A stretch of 64,000 nt of DNA from Salpingoeca rosetta (lineage: Eukaryota > Protista > Choanoflagellata): the NCBI GenBank assembly GCA_033442325.1, contig JAWQFM010000006.1, positions 1,255,124-1,319,123 on the forward strand, read 5' to 3'. Made by a program: the position numbers and the translations under genes. Under the pieces are notes generated by a model. The model saw only the letters and a program-made list of their open reading frames with translations. It ran no database searches and was not told where the DNA came from. Shown here piece by piece: positions 26,244-38,700 of the stretch (its first letter is position 1; each line of letters begins with the position of its first letter).

Positions 26244-27418
26244 TTAGGCGTGGCCCTTGCGCTGTGCCTTGTCAAAGCCCGCCACCGAGTGTGGGCGGTA
26301 GTGCACATATCTGCTGTTGTGCCTGCGCTCCGGGGCCATGCCGAAGCGGCCCTCGTAGATGGCGCGCAGCGTCGCGTCCTTGACCGGCACCGCCTTGGAC
26401 GCCTCGTGCAGCTGGAACCCCGCAAGCACAATCGTCTCTGGCTGCGGCTGTGGCTCGTTCTTGCCAAGACGGAAGTACCGCCAGAAGTCTCCCGGCTTCT
26501 CCGTCAGCGCCTGCACCGCGTCGATAAAGTCCTGGCGCGGCACCTGCGGCAGACGGCTGCTGGGCTTCGACCGCGCCGCCTTTCGCGCGTGCAATGCCGC
26601 AGCAGAACTGGCGGCAGTGGTGCCGCTGGTGGTACTGGTGGCGGCGGCGCTGCTGCCTGTACCGTGCGCGCGCTTGGCGGCCCGGCGAGCAGCGGCCGTG
26701 GCGGAGGGCGTGGTGGTGGTGGTGGTGGCACTTGCGGTTGCCGCCTTTGGCTTGCGGCGGGAGCGGCCCACGCCACGGATCTTTGGCCAGCGCTTCTTGC
26801 ACTTGGCAACAAGCTTCTGCGTCTCCTTGGCAAACGCAAGATGCTGCTTGTAACCGGGGTAGTGCTCGTTCAAGAACTGCAATTGCGTATGTGTGAGTGT
26901 GTGTGTTGGAGGGTTGGTGTGTGAGCTTCAGTTTGGGAAGAAGGGTGGGTGGAACTTGGGCCGAGCAGGCAGACGACAAGCAAGCAAATAAGAGAAGCAC
27001 TTGAGTACAACACACAACACACAACACACAACACACAACACACAACACGCGCGCGATGCAGACACACGCACAAGGCATGGCATACAGCAGACGTGTGGTG
27101 TGAGACTCACCGCTGCGACAGTGCGCTCGTCGCGATCACGAAGCCGTGGCGTCTTGCACGCGCCCTTGTGGCCGCCAACGGCCTGGCCGTTCTCAAAGAC
27201 TTCACCGCAAGGGCACACAATGTACTTGTGGCCCTGCACGACCAGGTCAATTGGGCACGCGCGCTGGTACGCGTCAAACATGCGATCAAGGTCTGCAGCC
27301 AAAAGCATCGCAAAGAGAGGGAGAAACGAGTGTGAGGCAACGCTGCAGTGTGAACAGACGCGCACATGTACGTTAAAGGCGCACACGTACGTGAAGGCTT
27401 TCAAGCTTGCACACCCAC

Positions 27419-27450
<32 letters not shown>

Positions 27451-30074
27451 CGCACGCACGCGCAAACCCACCACACACACACGCGCGCACACGCACAAAC
27501 ACGCACAAACACGCACGCACACACACACACACGCACGCACGCACGCACAAACACAACCAACACACACGCACGCACCGTATTCGTTTGATGTGCCTGGGAT
27601 GTGGAAGCGGTTCATAAATGCGTCGGCGGTCATGGAGTTGTCGACCTTTGGGCGCTTGGCGGCGGCCTTGCTCGTGTGCGGCTTGTCGGCCAGGTAGTAG
27701 ATGCGCTCATGGTCGCCCGTCGGCGCCTCGCGCGACTTGAGCCGCGGCACGTGGATGCCCAGCTTGTTGTAATAAGCAAGCCACTTGGGCGCGTTTGTCG
27801 TGCGTTGGCGCTCAAGCTCGTCCGTGTCGGCGGCGCTGAGGGCATCGTCGTCTTCGGCGTCGACCTCATCCTCCTGCGTCGCAGTTGTCACCTCTGTCGC
27901 CGCATCATCGTCCACATCCTCCGTCTCGTCGCCCTGCACCAGGGGCTCCTCCTTGTGACGGTGGTGATGGCGGCGGCGGTGGCGGCGCTTGCGTCTGCGG
28001 GCCGGCTGCTGTGCGTCTGCGGCGTGGGATGCCTCGTCCTCCACGTCATCTGCTTCCGCGGACAGCGCTTCGTCCGTCTCCGTCTCCGCGCCGGCTGGGA
28101 CGGTCATGCCGCCGCCGCCGCTCAGATACATGCTGGCATGGGATGCGTTGACGCCGGCGGCGGCTGTGGCGCTGGTGGCCGGGTTCATGCCAAAAAACGG
28201 GTGGTGCGCATGCGGATGCTGGTGCTGGTGCTGCGGGAACATGGACGCCTGCTGAGAGAAGTGGAGCGGGTGCGCCCTCAGCATGGAGGCCTGAGCCGGG
28301 TGGGACGGGCCAATAAAGGGCGAGAGGCCACCAGCGTATGGGCCAAACGGCTGCTGTGGTTGCTGTGGTTGCTGCGGTGGCGTGTGCGTCGGGGTGTGCT
28401 GGCCCTGTGCAGGGTTCTGCTGGTTGGCCCAGGCACGCCGCATGTAGTCTTGCTGGTACATGCGGTTCATGTGGTATGGGTTGAGCTGAGCGCCTGCGCT
28501 GGTGGCCACGCTGAGCGGATGTTGCTGATGCTGGTGCTGCATGGCTGCTGGGTGCATGGCCATTGGCTGCGCCATGCTCATGCTCACGCCGGCAGCAGCA
28601 GAGGAAGAGGGCACAGCAAGCGATGAGGGCTGCGCTTGGGGGCTGGCCGTTGCAGACGGGCCGTTGCTGTGGCTGCCCGCCTTGCTCGCGGCAGGCCTGT
28701 GTTTTTTGTGCTTGTGCTTCATCTGCTTGCGGGGCGACGAAGAAGCCGGTGCTGTTGCTGTTGTGGCTGTTGTAGCTGCTGTGGCTGTGGGCGGCGCTGC
28801 GGCGGTGCGGCGCTGCTGGTGTGGTGAGAGCGGGGGCGACTTGGCGGCGTCGCTGGAGGAGGGCTGGGCGTCCTCCGCCTCGTCCTGGTCAAGCTCCATG
28901 TCCGAGGTGGAGTCGATGTCCGACGCGTGGGCGTGGGCGCGGGCGCGGGCGGCGGCGATGGCGCGCTTGGCGCGCTTGGTGGAGAGGCCAAGGTCTGTGT
29001 CAATGTCGGCGACGGCGGGGCGGGCGCGCTCCTCCGTGTCGGAGCCCTCGTCCGTGAGGCCAAGCATGGCCTTGAAGGGCTTGCGCGCGATGAGCGGGCT
29101 GACAATGTACAGGGGCTGGCAGTGGCTGTCGAGGAGCACCATGTGCGTGTAGCAGGCGGTGGTGCTGCGGCCATCTGCGCCGGCCTTGCAGACAAGCACG
29201 CTGCCGGGCCGGTACTTGGGCATGTACAGCTTGAGTGGGTAGGTTGGCGCGGCGACGCGGTCCACGTCGTTCTTTGCGGCGACGGGGAAGCCGTTGAGCT
29301 CGTGGGCCTTGTTGGCCGGGTACTGCATGGCCGGGTTCATGCTGTTGAACAGCAGCTCCTCCTCGCGGTCCATAAACTCGTGGTGGCAGCTGGCGCTGCA
29401 AAACTCCACCAGCCAGTCGTCGTCCACCTGCAGCAAAGCAAAGCCAAGCAAAGGCGCACTTAGAACAACGTACACATGCATGCAAACAGTAGGAAAGCAC
29501 ACACACACACACACACACGTGCCTCCCGCATATGCATCACGCAGAACAAGCACTCAAACACACGCACTTCACACTCAACACAAACACAAAACACTTCACA
29601 CTCAACACAAACACAATACACACGACGAACCTGGCCGGTGCGGCAACGGGCACAAGTGATGGGGTTGGAAGAAGGGCTTCCACTGCGCACTCTGTCGAGG
29701 AGGGTTTGCATGAGGGCTCTGCCAGACTCGCTGAGCTCGTCGATATCGTTGTCGTCGTCTGCTTCAGCCCCGTGCCAGACGTCGTCGGCGTTGTCGTCCT
29801 CGTCGCTGAGGGTAGGGGCGTGGGTGTGGGTGAGGATGCTTGGGCGGCGGGAGCGGCGGTTGCTGCCGCTTGTGGCGCCATCCTGCTGGGCGCTTGGCGC
29901 TGCTGTTGTGGGGGGCGTGGCGTTGCCGCTTGTGAGCAGAGCGACGGCCTGTTTGTGGAGGGGCTTCGACATGGGCACGGCGGGCTTCCCTGGCGAGAAG
30001 AGGTGCAGCATGGTGTTTGCCGCAAGAACCTCCGCTGCGGAGTACTGTTGGCGTGAGGCAAGGCAAGCAGACAT
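26244..30074 (-). CDS. Putative nuclear zinc-finger protein, ~1036 aa; exons approx. 30074-29631, 29427-27576, 27292-27111, 26876-26244
   Basis: In-phase GT..AG joins. FCS-type finger CARC...EFCSASC split by intron 1; second finger CPCGEVFENGQAVGGHKGAC; basic NLS-like runs and Q/H/P-rich disorder. Start codon uncertain. Confidence 0.65.
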
Positions 30075-30359
30075 GTCGCCAGTGCAGTGTGTGAGTACAG
30101 TGTGGTGTGCGCGTGTGTGAGGGTGTGTGTATGTGTATGTGTGTGTGTGTGAGTACAGTGTGGTGATGGAAATTAGTGACAGTGATAAGTGTGTTCACGT
30201 GGCGCGGCGCGGGTGTGGGAAGTGGGTGAGTGTCAAACAAGGAGAGAAGTGGGAGAAGCGAAAGAAGAGGTGGGGGCAACGCCACACACGGAAGCCGCAA
30301 AGGAATACAAACAAACAAACAGTGATGTGACAACAATGAGGTGGGCAACAAGTGGTTGG

Positions 30360-30434
<75 letters not shown>

Positions 30435-32726
30435 TGGAAATGTAACAGGTTCAAATTTGGTATGGCGTTTGATTTGATTCACATCATGCATAACTTTGTG
30501 TGTGTGTGGAGACGATTGCAGAAGCAGTGGCCACCGAGGCCAAAACAGAAAGAGAAGATGGAAGCGTGTTACGTACCGGCTCAGACGCCATCTCTGGCTG
30601 TCTGTTGATCTCAGTGGTACTGGTGCTGATGGTGTTCGCTTGTTGCTGCTGGTTGCTGGTTGTTTGTTGATGCTGTGGCGGCAGTGAACGTGATAGTTGG
30701 ATGTTGAGTGGGGGGGGGAGGGGGAGTTCTGGCAGTGAGTGGCTGGCGCCCAAGAAGAGCGAGGGCACACAAGAGGAGGAGCGAGGGCACACAGGCGACG
30801 CAAAAAAACAAAAACAGTGGCGATGGTTGTTGGCAAGCACGGCACGGCGCGCGCTGTGGTGGATGGCGTGGCTTTTGTTTGTATTTGTCTGTTAATCTGT
30901 GTCTTGGCGTACCGTGATTGCGCGGTTTCCGTTGAGGAGCTGCTGACAAAGAAATGCACGAGACGGCGTGAGGCAAGCGTGGCAAGGAAGAAAACCAGTG
31001 ATCGACAAAAGGAGAGACGTGCGTGTGCGTGTGTGTGTGTGTGATCAATGTTTGGCCAGTGCGCAGTGCGCGACAAAAATGCAGCTTGGTTCGCTTTGCA
31101 CGTAACAGTGGTGGCAGGGGATGGATGATGGAGGATGATGATGATGATGATGACACACCATGCAATGAGGAATGGACACACGCATTCACACGACACACAC
31201 ACACACAGAGCACATACGCACCTGGTGTGTGTGAAAAGTGTTGCGTGGCTTCTTCCGGCAAGCACTGGCTGCAGAGTCAAATGACATCCAAATCAGCAGT
31301 CGTCGTCGTCGTTGTCGTCGTCGAGGAGTCACGGCACGGCTGGCGTGGGTGGGCGGTGAGTGTACTGGCAAAGTCAGGTGGAAAGTGGCCGTTGTCAGCA
31401 ATTGCAGCAACAACGTCAACGATGGTGACACGCCGTTCCAGCCGTTGTTGTTATGTATTGCTTTGCTTCTTCGGTTTTGGGCGGGCGGTTGGGCGGTTGG
31501 TCGGTTGGGCGGTTTGGATGGGATGGGATGGGGAGGAGCAAGAATGTCGCAAGCAACTGCTAAGCACGTACGCACGCACAATGCACTGATTGTTTTGTGG
31601 GTTTGTTTGTTTGTGTTTGCGTGTTTCGTTGGCAGTTCCAGTGTGCGCGTGTGTGATGTGTTGTTGTTACACACCAGTGGAAGAAGAACAAGCTGAAGCA
31701 AAAGAAAGATGTGGCATGCAGAAGCAACGACAAGTCACGAGCAAGACGAAGACAGCCACTGGAGCGGAACGGCAGCAATGGGCGAAGCGCAAGCAAAGGC
31801 CCGTGGACATGAGTCATCATCTGACACGAAATTTTTCGGTTTTTTCGATCTATTGTGGCTATTTTTAGCAGTTCTCGGAAAAATCCAAGAAATCTTCGTT
31901 TAACAATCTTGCACACTTAAACGTGGGGCAAGTCCGCAGAAGGAGGAGCAGCATCAAATCATGACGACGAGGACGACGATTGCGTACGTACCCGCGTTTT
32001 GGAAGCGAACGGAAGCGAAGGCATTCCCGCAGAAAATTGTTCAAGATAATTTGTAATCGACAGCACAAAAGGTGTTTTGATGTGTCACGTCACCGGCTGG
32101 TGGTGGGACTGACCAAGCGCACACAACAATCACAACAGCCATAGCAAAGACAATCAGTGGACCGGTGTGCGACATGCGTCGCTTGCTGGCAGCACGGAGT
32201 TTGCGGACACGATCGCATGTCGCACTTTCCTCTCGTCGCTTCTTTCCTCACAGCACTACATTGAGGTTTGTCCTGAGGAGATAAAGCAGAGAACAAGCAA
32301 GAAGCCAGATCAGATCACTGGTGCCTGCTTGCCTGCCACCCACAACCAAGGTCACTCCACAGCGTGTGGGAGACCATACTACCACCAAACCAAGGCACCA
32401 AGCCTTCCTGTCAACAAGCAGCTTTCCACTGCCACCCGACGGACAACATGAGCGAGGTGAGGCTGTGAAATCACGGGGAGTGCGGCAACTCATGCAATTC
32501 ATGTCTTCATATGTGTCTTCATGTGTCTTCATGTGTCTTCATGTGCATGAGGGTGTTTCTTTGCTCGACGTCTTTGCTTCTTCCACCAGTGAACCCGACA
32601 GTTGCGTCCACAAACCAATTGCGCGAGCTGCGCTCACTGCTTGTCCTGCCTTTCTCTTTCGAAATGATCACCCCGTCCTTTCCCTCCTTCTCCTTCGGTG
32701 ACAAACAGCCCAAAACGGCACCATTC

Positions 32727-35700
32727 ATGGCCACCTGGAGAAAGGCCCACAAGGCCTGGATGGAAGCTAGAGCCTCGAAGGAAAAACAAGCATGCATTCC
32801 ACCTCTCTTCAATGCCGTCCTGGATGTCGCCTCCAACTTTGCCAAAGTCGCCGGCCAAACGGAGTGGTCCAAGCTGGTCAAGGGCCTGGGCTTCCTGCCG
32901 CAGTACTTCACCGCCTCGTAAGCAACCCGTGTTTTGGTTTATGTTTTGGTTCATGTGGTGTTCCTCCTATGTCCTCCAGCTCTCCTGCACTGCCCCTTGT
33001 CCGGTTGTGGGCACCTTGTTGACTTTGGTGTGCTCACATCACTGTGTCCACTCATCATGCATGGTTTTGACTCACAAGTCGGACACATGTCACTCAGCAA
33101 CTTGTCTACTCACTCACACACACACACACACACACACTCACTCACTCACTCTCTCACACAAACGCACACACTCTCACACACACACACACATACACACACA
33201 GGACAACCCTTCGCGAGGCTGCGCTGGAGCTGGCCGTCGCCGTGCTCAGCAACGAGGATGCTCGAGCAAACTTGACTGAGGCCGCCGACGCCAGCGCATC
33301 TTTCCTCCAGCTCCTCAACACTGTCGTCGATCACTTTGTGGGCGCAAGCACTGATCCGGATACGATGAGTGGCCGGTCATTTGACCTGTGCGCCCAAATC
33401 TGTGTGCTCCTGCTTGAGCACAGGAACATCCTCGACACTGCCCACCGCCAACCGGACCTCCTCCGCACCCTCGCTCGTGCTTCGGTGCGCCAACCCCAGA
33501 TTCGTGAACACGTGTACCGTCACAAGAACAAGGGCATCGTCCACACGCTGGATGCCGCGGACACCAACAGCAAGGTGAGAAAGCCCTACAACACTGCCGC
33601 ACACACGCACACGCACACGCACTGTCACACAACACACGCACACGCACATGCGCACATAGGCACGCACACGCACTGTCACACATAGACACGCACGCACATG
33701 GTCAGTCTGTATCTGGACTGCATAGCCTCGTCCTCTTGCACATTTCGCCTCGTTCTGCTCATCATCCCTTGCATTGTCCATCACCACGAACAGGGACCAT
33801 CCTCCCTTGTGCCCAACTTTCGATTCACCTGGACCGATGATCGCGTGGATGAGATGAGCCAGACGACCTGGGAGCACCAGCGCAAGCTCTGGCGTGTCGC
33901 TGACCCCCACCACTACCGCAGATTCACAGGCACGTCTCATGAACTGTGTGTTTGCGCTCCTGTGCGCGTGCATCGCATGTGTTCATCAAGCCATTGCTGT
34001 TGCATGGCCATGCAACCAACGACACACACACACACACACCACGCACGCATGCATGCGTGCACTTCACACATGACGCGGCAACGACACTCACCCCTTTCTC
34101 CTCCCCCTTACATGTTTGGACTGCAACACAGGCCCCGACACCCTCGCCCGCGTCTTTTCCCTTCTCACTTCAACCGATGATGAGCTCAACGATTTCATTC
34201 GCCATGTGCTGCGTGAGTCCCTCGCCGCAAATCTCACCGTCGACGAAACCAAGTACCTCATGTACAAGCTGGGCGCCGTTGCATTTTCGACCGACGTCAG
34301 CAACACCCACGTGCCCGCGTTTTGTCGACTGCTGGACGTGTCAGCGTGGGAACGCGCATTCACCGTGCTCGCTGGCGCTGCATCGGACGCCGAGGCACAC
34401 GAAGCCTTCCTCCAGTCCCCTGCTCTCGCAACTGTCTGTGCTGCCGTTCGTGGCACTCTGGAATCGGGCTTGGCCGAATGGCTCTGCCAGCCAGCTCAGG
34501 ACAACATCGCCCGCACCCGTCTCCTCCAAGCCGTTCAACAGCACGTGGACACAACGCTACAGCTGTCAGCCTCCGTCGCGGGCTCCTCAACGACACCGCC
34601 ATCTGACACTCTTCAAGCATCCCACACGCCCCATATCAACTCCACCAGTGCACTGGACACTCCCCAGCCCGACTCGGCACTCGGCACGTCCGTCTCGCCC
34701 AAACCTTCCTCGCCTGACTCTGCTACAAAGCCCCGTGATGATCTCAGCAACGCTGCTGATGATGATGATGACGATGACGATTGGGGTGATGGTCACGATG
34801 ACCAAACCGACCATATCAGCAATGATGCCAATGGTGCCAATCACACCACTGCTGCCGATAATGATGATGATGATTGGGGCGATGACAGCACCACTGACAG
34901 CACCACTGACAGCACCACTGTCAGTACCAGTCCTCAAACGGATGCTGACACCCGCGCAGCTCTCATCCAGCGCGTGACCGACCTCATCAAGGAACACTTG
35001 AGCGCACTGTACCACCTCGTTCTCTGCCGCACAAACACCATCCTTCAATTTCACCTGCAATCCAGCAACACAGAGGCAGTCTCCACGGTCTGTGTTGAGG
35101 TGCTGGAGATTGTGCACAAGAGCAGCACCTTGGCCTTGCTGGACCTGCATGAGGTTACCGACCTGAAGGATCTCCTCTCCAATCTCCTGCGCATCAACAC
35201 CGCCCCGTCCGATGGCCTCCTCGTCGCCCTCGTCTGCCACATCCACCCAAAGCCTGCCACGCTGCATCACCTTGCCACAGAGTCGAACAGGCGCCGCCTC
35301 CTCGGTCGACTCCAACTCGTTCAACGCATCCTGGTTGAGTGTGTGGAGCGTGATCCCTCTGAAATGTACAACGCAACGGAAGAGACCCTCGACCTGCTTG
35401 CTGCAGCCGTGCCAGACCACACCGCCTGTCCGGCTGACTGTGCCGCTGCCTTCCTGGCCATCTTCGGCAGTTCCGGTGCTTTCCAATTCACGCCAGCCCA
35501 CGCCAGCCACATCATCGAGGTCCTGGCTGCCACGTCGCTCGATGGTGAACATGCCACTCCAAGCAACACTCCAGCCACTCATGCTACAACTGTGATGGCG
35601 CCCACCACAACAACAGCCCACGCCTCTGTCGCTGACCCAAAGACTGAGCAGCGCACGCGCCTATGCATGCTGCTGCTCTCCCTCACCCGTTCTGCTGATA

Positions 35701-38700
35701 AGGAGGTGATCCAGCGCAATTGGCAGCCCATCGCTGACAGGCTCCTCGCCGGCCTGCCCCTCATCACAGCCACGCCACAGCAGCACAAGGCGTGTTGGCA
35801 CGTCCTCTTCCGTGCAGCGCCAGCCCTGACTGCGAGGACCAAGATTCTAGCCGCCTTGTTCGAATTCTGCATGCAGCAGTGGCTTCGGCACGACGAGCTA
35901 GCGTGGGCAAAGGGAGACGCCCTTGTCGACACCCTTCAAGTGCTGTCTCAGAGCAACCGCAACCGCACCCGCAACCTTATCAAGGACCAGATCGCCAAAG
36001 CCATGCACACGCTCACGCACATGCTATCGTTCGACCGTCAGACCTCCCCAGCGTACGCCCTCTTGTTTGAGCTCGTGAAGCCCCACGACCTAGCCTCCGT
36101 CATCGAAGACCACGATAACGATGGCGAGTTCGACAGTGGTGCTCCATCCCACAGTGAGCATCTGCTCGTCAGCGCCACAGATGCAGACTCCAAGTTCCCT
36201 CTCCCCGCAGCATTCAAGGAAGGCCTACAGCATGCTGTGGCAGAGTACAACACGAGCGAGGCTGACCCTTTCGAGATTGTCAGCGATGGCGAGCGCGCCA
36301 CCTTTAACGGCCACGTCCTGGGCAACTGCTTCAACTCTGCTCGCGCGTATGCACAGGCTTGCAAGATGTTTCCGGCAGCAGACGGGGGCGTGGTCCCCAC
36401 AACCCGCACCCTCCAGTACCTCAAGACCATCTTGTCCACACTTCGCACTAACGACAACCTGCTCCTGCAAGGCGAGACTGGTGTGGGCAAGACGATGCTG
36501 ACGCTCTTCGCCGGCCATCTCGCCAACCAGGTCGTGCTGCGCTTCAACGGGTCATCACACAGCAGCGTTGAGGACCTCTTTGGCAGCGTCACCAACGACC
36601 CCACCAAGCCCGGCCACTTTGGACTTGCCCCTGGCCCCGCCATCCTCGCCTACACTTTTGGCTATTGGCTGTACATTGACGAGGCAAACCTGCTCAAGGA
36701 GGAGCTGGTGCAGACTCTGGCCTGCCTAACTGAAGACCGTCTCTCTCTCGCCCCCTTTGCCAAAGGCCTCTCGATCCTCGACTGCACCTCCGCTTACACG
36801 GGCAAGCCCCTGCCCATCATTGGCAGCGGCAGTGGCGGTGATGATGCTGCCCTTGTGCGAAAACACAAGAACTTCCGTCTCATCTTCGCCCAGAACCCTT
36901 GCGACAGCAGATACAACCGCGAAAAGCACAGCCTCAACGTCCTCAGTACCTTCGTGCCACTGGATGTGACGTGGGGCTCGAACCTTGCATCCCGCAAGGC
37001 CGAGTGGAAGATGATCGTTACCAGTGCCCTTCGTGGTGTTCTGCCTGAAGACATCCACCACAGTCTGTCTTCCGACAAGTTGGCGAGCCAGCTGGTGGAC
37101 TTTCACGTGCGAATCACAGATGCACAGCTCCTCGAAGAGCTTCGTGCCATGGAGAACGAGGGCGAGGTGTACGAGCAGCAGCACTTCATGGACTTGACGG
37201 TGCGCGAGCTCAAGCGTTTTGCCAGCGCGTGTCGCGCATACATGGGCCGCCTCAAGGGCTCCGCTTCGAAGGCTTTTCAAACACACTTGACAGCCTTTGG
37301 GCTCATGCTCTCCTCCATCTACGGCGCCCGTTTCCAGTGTGCTGCGTCCCGCCAGCGCATTGCCGAGATTGCATTTGAATGCCTCAACGCAGATCAGCCG
37401 CAAGCAACAGGAGCCTCTCCTCAAGGCCGGTTGCAGATGCATGCGCAGGCTGTCTTCATTGATGGCATCCCACTCCAGCGCAAGGTGGCCGCACCCGAGC
37501 ATGATATCGTGGACATTGTTCACGACAAGATCATGCAGTGCGCGACACACCCCAATTTCATGCTCAAGTATGGCTGCTACGACTTTGTCAACCATGCATG
37601 TGTGGACCGCGTTCATGCCCTGATGCGCGATGAAAGCGTGTCGCTGGGTCATGCGCTCTTGCACGCGTATGTGGCGCCAATCCGCTGTGTCCGTGCTCGG
37701 GCGGACCTTCTCGCTGACATTTGCAAGACGCTTGATGCCACGCATGCAGCGGAGGCCCAGCGCCTGCGTAACGTCGACCCATCCTCTCTGCTGGAACCCG
37801 ACCAGTACATCTGTTCGATTGTGGTGACACCAGAGCTGGTGACAGCAGCACGCGAGTGCGCAGTGGCGTTCCTCCTGCGCACACCCTTGATGATCTGCGG
37901 CCCGAGCGGCGCTGGCAAACAGGTTCTCGTGCGCTTCCTGTCTGCCCTGACCAACATCAGTCTCGCCCACCTTCACCTGACAAAGGAGACGGAGGTGCAA
38001 GACTTCATTGGCATGGCCATCCCAGAGACAGACCACGCGACAGGGGACATGAACCTGCGGTGGCACGATGGCCACTTGCCTCGCACCATGCGCAATGGCG
38101 GCATTCTGGTCCTTGATGACATTCTCTCCCTGCAGTCGTCTGTGCTCGAACGGCTCAACCCGGTCTTGGAGGAGAAGCCCACGCTCGTGCTGTCCGAGAA
38201 CAACCAAGTCTCACCGATACCTGAGGACGAGATCAGCGACTTTCTGCGCTTTGTCGCCATTGTCGAAGCAAGGAACAAGGCCATGACGCCCGCCTTTGGC
38301 AACCGCTTTCACATGGTGTACCTCAACCCGCCGCCACAGGAACCATCGACGTGGCTCGTGGCTGCCAGCCGTCTCTTGCTCGGTCACGAAGCGGGTGATG
38401 GGGAATGTCCACGTGATGTCTGTGAGCTGACAGCCAAGGCACACCAAGCCTGGTGCAGTTCAGAGGAGCGACCCAGTGTGCGGCGCTTCGTGATGCTGTT
38501 TGATGCCGCGTTTCACCTCACCCGCGGTACTACACCTCCCCCACTCAAGAACAAGGCTGCAGCCGCGGTGGGAGAGGCGTGTGAGCTCGTGCTCGCCCAA
38601 CACCCGAAAACGGCGGAAGCTCTCAAGCAGCAGCTCGTCAATTCCCTTCCACCCAACAGCGTTGACTATGTGGAGGCATTGCTGACGTCACCTCAGCCTG

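Noticed and set aside
31820-32090. AT-rich stretch between the zinc-finger gene and the giant gene, possible transposon end
   Set aside because: I found no terminal inverted repeat partner, target-site duplication or transposase. It is more simply promoter or intergenic DNA.
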